Positions 31,960 through 42,025 of a stretch of 64,000 nucleotides of DNA are shown here, one piece after another (the first letter of the stretch is position 1; every line of letters begins with the position of its first letter). The DNA is taken from assembly GCA_040767805.1 (NCBI GenBank), contig JAXGNU010000001.1:32001-96000 (forward strand), in the 5' to 3' direction. This DNA is from Thermovirgaceae bacterium (lineage in GTDB: Bacteria; Synergistota; Synergistia; Synergistales; Thermovirgaceae). The notes beneath the pieces were generated by a model. The model saw only the letters and a list, made by a program, of their open reading frames with translations, did no database searches and had not been told where the DNA came from. A program made the translations under genes and the position numbers.

Positions 31960-32154
31960 ATGGCCAATGTCTGCGATTGTTGCGGAAGAGGCCGGGGCGC
32001 CGGTAACAGGGTGAGTCACTCTAACCGTCACTCTAGGAGGACCTGGGGCGTCAACCTTCAGACTGTAAAGGTCGACCTCGGCGGCGGCGAATCGCGGAGG
32101 ATGAAGATCTGCGCGAAATGCCTCCGTTCAGGAAGGGTCAGGAGGGCCGTCTAG
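31960..32154 (+). CDS. rpmB: 50S ribosomal protein L28 (Cys-containing form)
   Basis: MANVCDCCGR...GNRVSHSNRHSRR.W..NLQ...CAKCLRS. Confidence 0.96.
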   Translation: MANVCDCCGRGRGAGNRVSHSNRHSRRTWGVNLQTVKVDLGGGESRRMKICAKCLRSGRVRRAV

Positions 32155-32912
32155 TTTCGGCCCTTCTGCTTTTGCTCCCGCTCGGCATATTCACGGGTCG
32201 CCCAATAGATGCCGAGCCAGCCCGAGGAGAGACTCACCTCCACAGCGGCCTCGGCGACGTTGCTGACAGCGAAGGGTTTCTTCAGGTAGAGACTCCCCTC
32301 CCCAATAGTCCATTTGGTTCCAGCCATCCTTACCCCGAGGCATTTCTCCGAAAGCGCCAGTGTTGAAAAGATCCCCCCTTTTTCCAGGCCCGACAGGCGG
32401 AGCCTCTCACCGCCTTTTAAGATGAAGAGGGCCTCGGATCCATCGGCCACGCAGCGAACCTTCATCCCCCATTCCTCTTCCGCCCAGATAAGGGAGTAGA
32501 GGTTGGCGAAAAGGTGATCGAACCGTCCCCCGAAAGCTCCCGTCAGGATGGCGGTGCATCCCCGCCTTCCATTCGGGCCGCGGCAAGTTCTACCGGCCTC
32601 CTTCAGGGCAAGCTGGAGGTCCGTGAGGTACTTTTCAGGCGAGTAAAGGAGAGAAGGTATTTTCCCCTCCCGGGACCATTGCCGGGCCTCCTCCGAAACG
32701 CTGTCGTTGTCACCAATGAAAAAGGAGGGCCTTATGCCCGCCGCCATGCAAGGGTCGAGCCCGCGGTCCACCGCCCAAACATCCTTTTCCCTGCACAACT
32801 CTCTCAACCAGGAAGGCCCTGGCGTCCTCCCCCCCGCCACGAACACTATAGAAGGGAGCTCGAAGGGCGGCGTAAATTGGGCCTTGAGTTGGGGGAGGGA
32901 GATCAACGTCAT
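32151..32912 (-). CDS. thiN: Thiamine pyrophosphokinase
   Basis: AVDRG, GDNDS, EKYLTDLQLAL, GAFGGRFDHLFAN, VSN. Confidence 0.92.
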   Translation of the reverse strand: MTLISLPQLKAQFTPPFELPSIVFVAGGRTPGPSWLRELCREKDVWAVDRGLDPCMAAGIRPSFFIGDNDSVSEEARQWSREGKIPSLLYSPEKYLTDLQLALKEAGRTCRGPNGRRGCTAILTGAFGGRFDHLFANLYSLIWAEEEWGMKVRCVADGSEALFILKGGERLRLSGLEKGGIFSTLALSEKCLGVRMAGTKWTIGEGSLYLKKPFAVSNVAEAAVEVSLSSGWLGIYWATREYAEREQKQKGRN

Positions 32913-32927
32913 CGGGTTACCATCTCC

Positions 32928-35156
32928 TCAAAGGTTGTTGGTGCTAGCCTCGAGGATCTGCCTAGCTTCTTCCTCGTCAACGAGGATATCCCTCGGTTTC
33001 GACCCTTCCTGGGGTCCCACGATACCCACCTGCTCCAGGGTATCGATCAGCCTAGCCGCCCTGGTAAAACCTATCCTCAACTGGCGCTGGAGCCGGCTGG
33101 CCGAGGCGATACCGCTCTGTAGTATCAGGCCCATGGCGTCCTCCAGGAGGGGGTCGTCGAGATGCGCTTTCACTCCATTCGTCTCCCCCGTGTCCTCCAT
33201 ATCGATGTCCAAAAAGACAGGGTCGCCGAAGAGGGTCGAAAGGTAATCCATAAAACGCACCATCACGAGCTCGTCCATCCAGGGCGACTGGATCCTGAGC
33301 GGTTTGGGAAGCCTGGGGGTGAGGAAGAGCATGTCTCCGCTGCCGAGGAGCCTTTCGGCCCCGGAAATATCGATGATGGTCCTCGAGTCCGTCTGGGAAG
33401 GCAACTCGAAGGCCACCCTTGCCGGGATGTTGGCCTTGATGAGGCCGGTCACGACGTTCACCGAAGGCCTCTGGGTGGCGATGATCAGGTGGATGCCCGT
33501 GGCCCGGGCCATCTGGGCCAACCGGCAGATGTAATCCTCCACTTCCCGGGGCGATGTGAACATCAGGTCGGCCAGTTCATCGATCACGATGATGATATAG
33601 GGGAGTCGATCCAGGGGTAGCGCTCTCGCGTTGAAGGCCCTGATATTTCTCACCCTGGCCTGGGCGAACATTTCGTACCTACGCTCCATCTCCCTGATCG
33701 TCCATCCCAGCGCGTGAACAGCCTGTCGCGATTCGACGACGGGCGGGGTTACGTTGTGAGGGAGGCGGTCGAAGATCTTCATCTCGACCCTTTTGGGGTC
33801 TATCAGGAGGAAACGTAGTTCTTCGGGTCTCATGCGACAGGCCAGGGCGGCGATGCAGCAGGAAACAAAGACGCTCTTCCCTGAACCGGTCGTCCCGGCG
33901 ATCAGCAGGTGGGGCATTTTTTCAAGGCCGATGGTCAGGTGGCGACCGTCCACGCCGACCCCGACGGGTATGGCTAGGTCGCAGTCGGCCTCCTGGAAGG
34001 AGGGGTGATCCAGCACGGTCCTGATATTCACCGGTTTTCTTTCGGGGTTGGGGACCTCTATGCCGATAAAGGTCTTCCCCGGAATAGGCGCCTCGATCCT
34101 GAGGCTTGGGACGGCCAGGGAGACGGCCAGGTCGTTGGCAAGGCTTGACACCCTGCTGACCTTGATGCCGGGCGCGAGTTGGATCCTGTACTGGATGACC
34201 GTGGGCCCGACGACGGTCTCGGCCAGTTCGGCCGTGATGCCGAACTCATCCAGGGTTTCAATGATGCTTTCTCCCTGTTCAGAGAGCTGTCCCTTGTCCA
34301 GGCTGAAGGAAAAATCGTCGGGAGGGCCGAAGACGTCCAGGGGAACGGGGAAAGGGAGTTCCTGCCCGGGTGGGACTTTCGGGAAGGTGCCGGCCTTGTC
34401 CGGTGAATCCTCATCGGCCATCGTATCGGGGATATCGATCTGACCCGGGACTGCCTTGGAGCGGATCCCAGGTTTTTTCCCGTCGGACTTCGGCTCGGCC
34501 CGCCTCACTCCCCTTCTCGGTTCCGACGGTGGAATCACTGTTTTTCCCGGGCCCGTTCGGTGCGGGGACATTAAGACATTTCCGAAAGCCTTGAGGACGC
34601 GGGAAAGGAAAGAGGCCGCCTTCATCATACTCTTCTTGTTGATGATCCCATAAAGTGTCAAGGCTGCACCGATGCCGCCAAACCCGGCCAGAACGGCCCC
34701 GAGAGGCCCGATGTGCCTGGTGAGGACCCCGGCCAGGAAGGACCCCACGAGGCCGGGTCCCAAAAGCGCGACCGCCGGTTCTATGCCGCTCAGGGCCGTA
34801 AGGCCAAGGAAGAGGGCGCAGCAGAGATAAAGGACTGATGAAGCAAGGGCTTGCTTCAGGGGGAAGGGTACGGGGTACCCTAGGACCCGGGAGGCACCCA
34901 GGTAAGCACCGAAGACCAGGAGGATGATGATGCCTCCGCCGAAGGTCTCCAGGGTCCAGGAATTGATCACCTCGCCGAATTCCCCGGTCCTGAAGAGGAA
35001 AAGAGTGGCCAGGAGGTACAGGTCGACCAACAGGAAGGCGAAAACGGCCATTGTGACCCAGGGCTGCTTCCTGCCCCCCTTCATGCTCCCCTTCCCGACC
35101 GGGCTTTTCGTATCGGCCTTGTCCCGGGCTTTCGGTTTCCTCCTGGTGACCTTCAT
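32928..35156 (-). CDS. ftsK: DNA translocase FtsK/SpoIIIE
   Basis: N-terminal TMs, PHLLIAGTTGSGKS, IDELADLM, ATQRPS, gamma domain (SASRLQRQLRIGFTRAARLID). Confidence 0.97.
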   Translation of the reverse strand: MKVTRRKPKARDKADTKSPVGKGSMKGGRKQPWVTMAVFAFLLVDLYLLATLFLFRTGEFGEVINSWTLETFGGGIIILLVFGAYLGASRVLGYPVPFPLKQALASSVLYLCCALFLGLTALSGIEPAVALLGPGLVGSFLAGVLTRHIGPLGAVLAGFGGIGAALTLYGIINKKSMMKAASFLSRVLKAFGNVLMSPHRTGPGKTVIPPSEPRRGVRRAEPKSDGKKPGIRSKAVPGQIDIPDTMADEDSPDKAGTFPKVPPGQELPFPVPLDVFGPPDDFSFSLDKGQLSEQGESIIETLDEFGITAELAETVVGPTVIQYRIQLAPGIKVSRVSSLANDLAVSLAVPSLRIEAPIPGKTFIGIEVPNPERKPVNIRTVLDHPSFQEADCDLAIPVGVGVDGRHLTIGLEKMPHLLIAGTTGSGKSVFVSCCIAALACRMRPEELRFLLIDPKRVEMKIFDRLPHNVTPPVVESRQAVHALGWTIREMERRYEMFAQARVRNIRAFNARALPLDRLPYIIIVIDELADLMFTSPREVEDYICRLAQMARATGIHLIIATQRPSVNVVTGLIKANIPARVAFELPSQTDSRTIIDISGAERLLGSGDMLFLTPRLPKPLRIQSPWMDELVMVRFMDYLSTLFGDPVFLDIDMEDTGETNGVKAHLDDPLLEDAMGLILQSGIASASRLQRQLRIGFTRAARLIDTLEQVGIVGPQEGSKPRDILVDEEEARQILEASTNNL

Positions 35157-35157
35157 A

Positions 35158-36516
35158 TCAAGCCTCGCTGCCTCCCACTACCAGTTTCCTGATCCTTATC
35201 GTCGGTTGCCCGTCGGTTACCGGGACATGCTGGCCCGACTTGCCGCATACCCCCGGTTCGTAATGAATATCATCCCCTACCGCGTCGATGTCTCTTAATA
35301 CTTCCGGGCCGTTGCCCGTGAGAGTCGCGTTCCTGACAGGGTATGATCTTTTCCCCTTCTCGATGAGGTAGCCCTCGGTGATGTGAAACACGAAATCCCC
35401 CGATGTGGGGTTGACCTCACCGCCCCCCATCTTCAACACCAGGAGTCCCCTTTCCACGCCGTCAAGGATCTCATTGGGGTCCCCTCCGCCTTTCATTATA
35501 AAGGTATTGGACATTCTTGGGATCGGTGGATGCCTGTAGGACGCTCTCCTCCCGTTACCCGTGACCGGGAAGGACCCTTCTTTCGAAGTGAGCAGATCAG
35601 TGAGGAAGGAGACGAGGATGCCCTTTTCAATGAGGACGGTCCTCCTGGAAGGGGTACCTTCATCGTCAAAGGGATAACTCCCGTAAAGTCCGAAAAGGGT
35701 CGGGTCATCGACCAGGGTGACCAGGGGTGACGCAACCCTTTCCCCCAGGGATCCCTTGAAGGAAGAATGATCTTTCAGGACGATATCGGCCTCAAGACCG
35801 TGACCGCAGGCCTCGTGGACCATGGTCCCCCCCGCCTTGCCGGCCAAAACGACCGGCATCACCGACGCGGGACAGGGTTTCGCCCGTGAGAGCAGCAAGG
35901 CCCTACGGAAGGCTTCATGGGCTACATCTTCAAGGTCTACGATCCTTAAAAATTCATCCTGGGGTAGGCTGAAAGCCTTTACCGCCCTCCCTGAAAAAAG
36001 AGAGCCATCGGCCTCTACTACGATATTGACCGAGAATCGGGTGGAAAAGTCCGACCTCCGGCACAGGGGATTCGCACTCCCGACAATGGCTACTTCCCCG
36101 ACCCCGCTGCTCCAGGCGAAGGTGGCTTGCCTGATCGAAGATGATAATTTCCGAATCGCCCGGTCCAGGTCCCGGATCCTGTCGAAGGGTGCTTCCTCAT
36201 TCATCGCCGGAAGGTGTAAAAGTGGCTTTTCACCCTTCGGCAGCGGTTTCCCCCCGGAAAGCCCGGCGCGCCTTTTCCCTTCGGCCAGCGAAAGAGCCAC
36301 CGAGGTCAGGTCGGTTCCCGATGTATAGGTGAAGCAAGTCCTGTCACCGATCACCAACCTGATCCCGGAACCTTCCGTGATCGAGGAGGAGACCTCTTCG
36401 AACTTCCCGTCGTCCATCAGGCAGAACCTGGCGAGGCCCCTTTGGATGAAGGCTTCCCCTATGGAGGTGCCGGGTATCGAAAGAGCATCGGCTACATCGA
36501 ACAGTTTATCCATCAA
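35158..36516 (-). CDS. tldD: TldD family metalloprotease
   Basis: HEACGHGLEAD, FDDEG, GNGRR...PRMSNT, CGKSGQ.VPV..GQP. Confidence 0.93.
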   Translation of the reverse strand: MMDKLFDVADALSIPGTSIGEAFIQRGLARFCLMDDGKFEEVSSSITEGSGIRLVIGDRTCFTYTSGTDLTSVALSLAEGKRRAGLSGGKPLPKGEKPLLHLPAMNEEAPFDRIRDLDRAIRKLSSSIRQATFAWSSGVGEVAIVGSANPLCRRSDFSTRFSVNIVVEADGSLFSGRAVKAFSLPQDEFLRIVDLEDVAHEAFRRALLLSRAKPCPASVMPVVLAGKAGGTMVHEACGHGLEADIVLKDHSSFKGSLGERVASPLVTLVDDPTLFGLYGSYPFDDEGTPSRRTVLIEKGILVSFLTDLLTSKEGSFPVTGNGRRASYRHPPIPRMSNTFIMKGGGDPNEILDGVERGLLVLKMGGGEVNPTSGDFVFHITEGYLIEKGKRSYPVRNATLTGNGPEVLRDIDAVGDDIHYEPGVCGKSGQHVPVTDGQPTIRIRKLVVGGSEA

Positions 36517-36542
36517 AGGTGCCCCTCCCGGCTCTCGGCTCC

Positions 36543-37580
36543 TTATCTTTGTGACGACCCGAAAGCTTTCCTGGAACGCCTGATCGCTTCGGAGTGTTCG
36601 GAAAAGGTCTTGCTGAAAAGGTGACTCCCGTCGGGCATGGCAACATAAAAGAGATAGGGCTCTTCTCCAGGTTCAAGGGAAGCCAGCCAGGACCCCTCGG
36701 AGGGAGCGCAGATCGGGGCAGGTGGGAGGCCTGCGTAAAGATAGGTGTTGTAAGGGGAATCTACCTCGAGGTCCCGGTAAAGAACTCTTTTCAGCTCCAC
36801 CCCTTTCAAAGACCAGGCGTAAACGACGGTGGCGTCTATCTGGAGTTTCATGCCCGCCGCCGAACGGTTCCGGATCACCGCCGCGATCAGGGGTCTTTCA
36901 CGCTGTTGCTTCGCCTCCCTTTCGACCAGGGAGGCTACTATGGCCTTTTCCAGGAGGAGCGCTCCCCCGGCCCCGGCGTCGGAGACCCGTTTCCCGATCC
37001 TTTCCATCCAGAGCGCCGACGCGGCCATGACCAGTTCGTCCATGTTGCCCTCGAAGGGTGTCACGCTGTAGGTCTCGGGCAGGAGAAAGGCGATCCTGGG
37101 CCGCGCTTCCCGGGGCAGGAGGGGACGGAGGCCTTTAGGAAAAAGTTCGTCCTTCTCGAGGGCGTCTTTGAAGGTTTCTCCAAGCCTGGCGATGAGGGTT
37201 TCAAAGGTTTCCCCCGGGAAAAGGGTTATCCCGGACACCTCCGGTTCCGCCAGGACCATCTGCCGGGCGATCTCCCAGGGGGATCCCCCGCGGATCCGGT
37301 ACAGTCCAGGCCTTATCCTTCTATCGATGCCTACTTTAGCGAACCATCGGGACAGTTCAGTCGGCCGGTCCGTCAGGCCTGTCGAGGCGAAGACACGGGC
37401 GATCTCCCCGGCGTTCATACCGGGGCGGACGAGGATCTCCAGGGGTTCCCCGCTGCCCATCGGGATGGCCCTGACCAGTTGTTGGGGCAGGTATTGGGTT
37501 AGGGCCCCGAAAAAGGCCAGGGATATCACCAGGAAGATGAAGTAGAGAACCTTACCGGGCACGGAACCCGTCATTTTCAA
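36543..37580 (-). CDS. mltG: Endolytic transglycosylase MltG (YceG)
   Basis: TM; LLPETY, ASLVERE, LQIDATV, SPYNTY...GLPPAPI, YLFYV. Confidence 0.93.
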   Translation of the reverse strand: MKMTGSVPGKVLYFIFLVISLAFFGALTQYLPQQLVRAIPMGSGEPLEILVRPGMNAGEIARVFASTGLTDRPTELSRWFAKVGIDRRIRPGLYRIRGGSPWEIARQMVLAEPEVSGITLFPGETFETLIARLGETFKDALEKDELFPKGLRPLLPREARPRIAFLLPETYSVTPFEGNMDELVMAASALWMERIGKRVSDAGAGGALLLEKAIVASLVEREAKQQRERPLIAAVIRNRSAAGMKLQIDATVVYAWSLKGVELKRVLYRDLEVDSPYNTYLYAGLPPAPICAPSEGSWLASLEPGEEPYLFYVAMPDGSHLFSKTFSEHSEAIRRSRKAFGSSQR

Positions 37581-38212
37581 CGGGGGAGCTTCGAAGATAC
37601 GATGGCCAGGACTTTTTGGACCCCCGTTTCCAGCTCCTTGAGCTCGGACTCGACGAGGCGGAGGCTTTCCTGGACAAAAGCAGCGTCCTCGATGGAGGCC
37701 AGGTTGATCCGTGCGTTCATGGCCGCGCCCCTGGCGGCGGCGTCGGCCAGCAGCGCCGAAACGCCCGCGTCGGTGATGGCGTTCGGGTTGCCTTTCTCCG
37801 CCACGACGAGGCTGTTGGCGACCAGCTCCCCGGCGAGTTCGAGCGTTTGCAGCGGCACAAGGGTGGACTGCTTCAGCGCTTCCTGCATCGAGTTCTTCCG
37901 CCTGGTCTTTTCCTGGTCGTTATCCTTCGGCAAGGAGAGGGCCTTCATGAAAAGGTCGTAGGCTTCGCTGTCCTTCATGGCCAGATCAAGGAATTCTCCC
38001 GAAAGGGCCTTCCCTTTTTCAGCGGCCAGGGTCATTTCTTCCCGTGCCTCTTCGAAGCGGGGCCGGCCAATGGTCAGGCTGGCCACCATCTGGGTGAGGC
38101 GAGCGGCGATCGAGGCGCACAGGGCGGAGGCGGAACCTCCCCCGGGGGTGGCGCTTGAGGAACCGAGTTCCTCGAGAAAATCCTCGATGGAAAGGGATGC
38201 AATATCCTTCAT
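37577..38212 (-). CDS. Formimidoyltetrahydrofolate cyclodeaminase (FTCD_C family)
   Basis: ATPGGGSASA, MVASLT, GNPNAITDA, NARINL; ATG overlaps the hutI stop. Confidence 0.9.
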   Translation of the reverse strand: MKDIASLSIEDFLEELGSSSATPGGGSASALCASIAARLTQMVASLTIGRPRFEEAREEMTLAAEKGKALSGEFLDLAMKDSEAYDLFMKALSLPKDNDQEKTRRKNSMQEALKQSTLVPLQTLELAGELVANSLVVAEKGNPNAITDAGVSALLADAAARGAAMNARINLASIEDAAFVQESLRLVESELKELETGVQKVLAIVSSKLPR

Positions 38213-39459
38213 CGGCAAAACCTCCAGTCGTCCGGTCTTTGGGCGACACACTCCCCTCTCTTGTAAACGGAGAGGACCGGGGATACCCCGCTATTATAGG
38301 CCATAATGGCAGGAGTCTCGCCGTCCAGCACAGCAAAGTCCGCCATCTTGTTCTTTTCGAGGCTGCCGCAGAAATGATCGGACTCAATGGCCTTGGCCGC
38401 ATTGAGCGTACAACCGGCCAGGGCTTCATCCACTGTCATACCCATGTTCATGACGGCCAGGCTGAAGACGAAGGGCATTGACTGGGTAAAGGATGAGCCG
38501 GGGTTGCAATCCGTGGCCAGGGCCACGGTCAGGCCGAGTTCAAGCATCTTCCTGGCGTCGGCGTAGGGTTTCCGGAGGCTGAAGGCCGTGGCCGGGAGCA
38601 GTACCGCGATCACTCCCGCCGAAGCCATTTTGGCAAGGTTTTCTTCCTTGGCGGCGAGTAGATGCTCCGCCGAGACGGCGCCAAGTTCCGCCGCGAGGGC
38701 GGCACCGCCCGTATCGACCACCTCGTCGGCGTGGACCTTCAGCTTCATGCCGTGCTTCCTGGCGGCTTCCAGGATCCTCCTGCTCTGGGGCACTGTAAAG
38801 ACGCCTTCCTCGCAGAAAACGTCGCAAAAAGGAGGATCGCACTCAGCGCTCACGACCGGTATCATCTCCCTGACCAGGAGATCGACAAAACCTTCGGGAT
38901 CTCCCTTGTAATCCGAGGGTATGGCATGGGCGCCCATGAAGGTAGGGATCACCGTGGTGGGTATCTCCCTTCCCGCCCTTTCAATGAGCCTGAGCATCCG
39001 GGTTTCAGAGTCCGTGTCCAGCCCGTAGCCGCTCTTTATCTCCACGGTGGTGGTTCCATGGGAAAGGGCGGTGAGCGCGTTCTTCTTCGTCCTTTTCAGA
39101 ATTTCCTCATCGCTCGCGGCTCTGAGTGATCGAACGGACGAAAGGATCCCGCCCCCCGAAGCGAGTATCTCCATGTAGGACACCCCGGAGAGGCGCAGGG
39201 CGAACTCCTGCTCCCTCAGTTCGGAAAAACACATGTGCGTATGGGGATCCACGAACCCCGGAACGACGCATTTACCCCCGAAGTTGACTTCCTGTTCTAC
39301 CATGGCTGTTTCGAGGTCGCGCAGGACCTCCTCCTCGGGACCGACCTTTTCAATAAAGCCGTTCCTGGCCAAGATCGCACCCTTTTCCCAGGACACGACC
39401 CTGTTCCCGGTCGCAAGGGGGGTATAGACCCGGGCCCCGCGGAAAAGTTTCATCGTCAT
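38209..39459 (-). CDS. hutI: Imidazolonepropionase
   Basis: PGFVDPHTH, GGGILSSV, EIKSGYGL, KVHADE, ATDCNPGS. Confidence 0.96.
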   Translation of the reverse strand: MTMKLFRGARVYTPLATGNRVVSWEKGAILARNGFIEKVGPEEEVLRDLETAMVEQEVNFGGKCVVPGFVDPHTHMCFSELREQEFALRLSGVSYMEILASGGGILSSVRSLRAASDEEILKRTKKNALTALSHGTTTVEIKSGYGLDTDSETRMLRLIERAGREIPTTVIPTFMGAHAIPSDYKGDPEGFVDLLVREMIPVVSAECDPPFCDVFCEEGVFTVPQSRRILEAARKHGMKLKVHADEVVDTGGAALAAELGAVSAEHLLAAKEENLAKMASAGVIAVLLPATAFSLRKPYADARKMLELGLTVALATDCNPGSSFTQSMPFVFSLAVMNMGMTVDEALAGCTLNAAKAIESDHFCGSLEKNKMADFAVLDGETPAIMAYNSGVSPVLSVYKRGECVAQRPDDWRFCR

Positions 39460-40367
39460 GGTCTGTCACCGGCCATCTCGAGAAGCCTGAGCTCAATTAT
39501 CTGCTCGGGCTCAAAATCGGCCACCTGGAGATAATGGACGGCGCTCTGGTAGATAGCCGAGGCCGGCACCATGCCGTAAATTTCGGTCTCGACGACGGGG
39601 ACGCCCCACCTTGAAGCCTCCATGCGGACCAATTCGAGGACCCTGTAGAGGGGGTCCTTTTCATGATCCACGATGTTCACGCTGACCTGCACCATTCCCT
39701 TGTCCTCCAGGGCGAGGCCGATGGCCTTGACATGGGCCAGCCCTCCCCCGGAGAACCTGATGGACTTGGCGATCTCCTTGGCGACCTCGATCCGGGTGGT
39801 GCCCAGGTTGACGTTGAAGGCCACCAAAAATTTCCTGGCACCCACCACCGTCGCCCCCGCCGTTGGGTGCAAACGGGCCTGCCCGACATCGGGTAGCCTT
39901 TGGGGTTCTTCTATGGTCTTTTTCAAACCTTCGTACTGCCCTTTCCGGACATTCTCCAGGTTCTTCCTTTCCGGTCTCGTGGCGGCCTCTTCGTAGAAAT
40001 AGACGGGGACCTCGTACTTTTCGTTCAGCCTTTTTCCGAATTCCCTGGCGATGTCGACGCATTCCTCCATGGTCACGCCCCTCAACGGGGTAAAGGGAAC
40101 CACGTCAAGGGCCCCGACCCTGGGATGCGCACCGGAATGGACGTTCATGTCGATGAGCGAAAAGGCGACTCCCGCCGACGTCATGAGAGCATCCATTATT
40201 GCATCGGGGTCGCCGGCAAGGCTGACCACGAGCCTGTTATGGTTCTCGTCGGCCCGGTGATCCAGCAAGCTGAACCCCTTCCCGTTGCGGAAGGGTTCCA
40301 CGATCTTGTCGATCACTTCTTTTCTTCTTCCTTCGCTGAAGTTTGGGACGCACTCCACTATTTTCAT
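39456..40367 (-). CDS. ftcD: Glutamate formimidoyltransferase
   Basis: ECVPNFSEGR, HNR, HPRVGALDVVPF, RKGQYEGL, HPTAGA...GAR. Confidence 0.96.
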   Translation of the reverse strand: MKIVECVPNFSEGRRKEVIDKIVEPFRNGKGFSLLDHRADENHNRLVVSLAGDPDAIMDALMTSAGVAFSLIDMNVHSGAHPRVGALDVVPFTPLRGVTMEECVDIAREFGKRLNEKYEVPVYFYEEAATRPERKNLENVRKGQYEGLKKTIEEPQRLPDVGQARLHPTAGATVVGARKFLVAFNVNLGTTRIEVAKEIAKSIRFSGGGLAHVKAIGLALEDKGMVQVSVNIVDHEKDPLYRVLELVRMEASRWGVPVVETEIYGMVPASAIYQSAVHYLQVADFEPEQIIELRLLEMAGDRP

Positions 40368-40434
40368 TCTCTGCCTCCGTCATCCATCGGTGCTCCGCCA
40401 AGGGGGGGCACCGGTCATTTTTTACGCCTGGAGG

Positions 40435-41967
40435 TCATTCCAGTTCCCCCGTGACCTCCTCCACAGCCTTGAGGATGCTGCGGTCCTTCATCCTGTTGAT
40501 TATCGCGTCAATCAGGGGATAGAGGATGTCGTCCTTTTCAAGGTAGGGCACTTCCTCCCGAAGCTTCTCGTAGGCTGCCCTCGTGCCGACGCCGGGGGCA
40601 AGGGGCTTCGAGAAGTCCAGACCCTGGGCGGCGAGGAGCATTTCAATGGCGAGGACCCTCCTGACATTGTCAAGGATCTCCAGGCCCTTCCTGGCCGAAA
40701 ACATCCCCATCGAAACGTGGTCCTCCTGGTTCGCCGAGGTCGGTATCGAGTCCACCGAAGAGGGGTGGGCCAGCACCTTGTTCTCCGACACAAGGGCCGC
40801 GGCGACGTACTGGGGGATCATGAAACCGCTGTTGATGCCGCTATGTTCCACCAGGAAGGGGGGGAGCCCTGAAAGTTTTCCATCCACGAGCCTGGCGGCC
40901 CTTCTCTCGGCGATGTCTCCGATCTCGGCCATGGCGATACCGAAAAAGTCCATCGCGAGGGCCACGGGTTGGCCGTGGAAGTTCCCGCCGCTGATGGCCT
41001 CACCCTCGGCCGGGAAGATCAACGGGTTGTCCGTGACGGAATTGATCTCGATCTGTATGACGTCCTGGACGTACTGGAGGGCGTCTCGGCTTGCCCCGTG
41101 GACTTGGGGTATACAGCGAAGGGAGTAGGCGTCCTGGACCCTCTCGTTTTTGTATTTCTCCATGATCTCGCTGTTCTTCGTAAGGGCTCTTACGTTCCTG
41201 GCCACCTTTTTCTGCCCCTGGTGCGGTCTCAGGTCGTGGGTCCTGGGATCGAAGGCGAAGGGAACGCCATGGAGGGCCTCCAGGGACATGGCCCCTGAAA
41301 TGTCGGCCATCTTTACAAGCGCGAGGGCTTCCCACAGCGCTACGGAGGCGACGCCTGTCATGCCGGCCGTGCCGTTGTTCATGGCGAGGCCCTCCTTGGG
41401 TCCCAGGACGATCGGCTCCAGCCCGGCGGCCCTTAGGGCCTCGGAGGTATCCATCCTCTTGCCCCGGTAAAAGACCTCACCCAGGCCGAGAAGCGCTATG
41501 CCAAGATGGGACAGCGGGCACAGGTCACCGCTGGCACCGACGGAGCCCTTGCAGGGGATAACCGGGTGTATACCGATGTTTAGGAAATCGACAAGCCTGG
41601 AAAGGGTCTGTAGGCTGATGCCGGAAAAACCCCTTATCAGGGAGTTCACCCTGAGCAGCATGATGGCCCTGACGATCTCTTCCGGGAAGGGGTCCCCCAC
41701 CCCGGAGGCGTGGCTTTTCATGAGGTTAGCCTGCAATTGCTCGCTCTGTTCCGGTGGGATGAACTGGCTGGAAAGGTCTCCGAATCCGGTGGTAACGCCG
41801 TAGATGACCCTGCTCTCCTTGGCCCAGGTACGGACCATGCCGGACCCTCTTTCCACAAAGGCCACCGCGGAGCGGTCAAGGGATACTTTTCTCCCGTCCC
41901 GGGCCACGCTTATGACATCTTCAAGCCTCAAAGAGTGGCCGTTTAACTCTATAACCGAAGACTCCAT
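40435..41967 (-). CDS. hutH: Histidine ammonia-lyase
   Basis: YGVTTGFG, GSVGASGDL (MIO-forming ASG), QDAYSLRC, GGNFHG, NQEDHVSM; adjacent to ftcD/hutI. Confidence 0.96.
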   Translation of the reverse strand: MESSVIELNGHSLRLEDVISVARDGRKVSLDRSAVAFVERGSGMVRTWAKESRVIYGVTTGFGDLSSQFIPPEQSEQLQANLMKSHASGVGDPFPEEIVRAIMLLRVNSLIRGFSGISLQTLSRLVDFLNIGIHPVIPCKGSVGASGDLCPLSHLGIALLGLGEVFYRGKRMDTSEALRAAGLEPIVLGPKEGLAMNNGTAGMTGVASVALWEALALVKMADISGAMSLEALHGVPFAFDPRTHDLRPHQGQKKVARNVRALTKNSEIMEKYKNERVQDAYSLRCIPQVHGASRDALQYVQDVIQIEINSVTDNPLIFPAEGEAISGGNFHGQPVALAMDFFGIAMAEIGDIAERRAARLVDGKLSGLPPFLVEHSGINSGFMIPQYVAAALVSENKVLAHPSSVDSIPTSANQEDHVSMGMFSARKGLEILDNVRRVLAIEMLLAAQGLDFSKPLAPGVGTRAAYEKLREEVPYLEKDDILYPLIDAIINRMKDRSILKAVEEVTGELE

Positions 41968-42025
41968 GAAGGATCACCCCCCGCGACGTGTTCAAAACCT
42001 TTCCGCCAACAGAGTATATCGTAAA

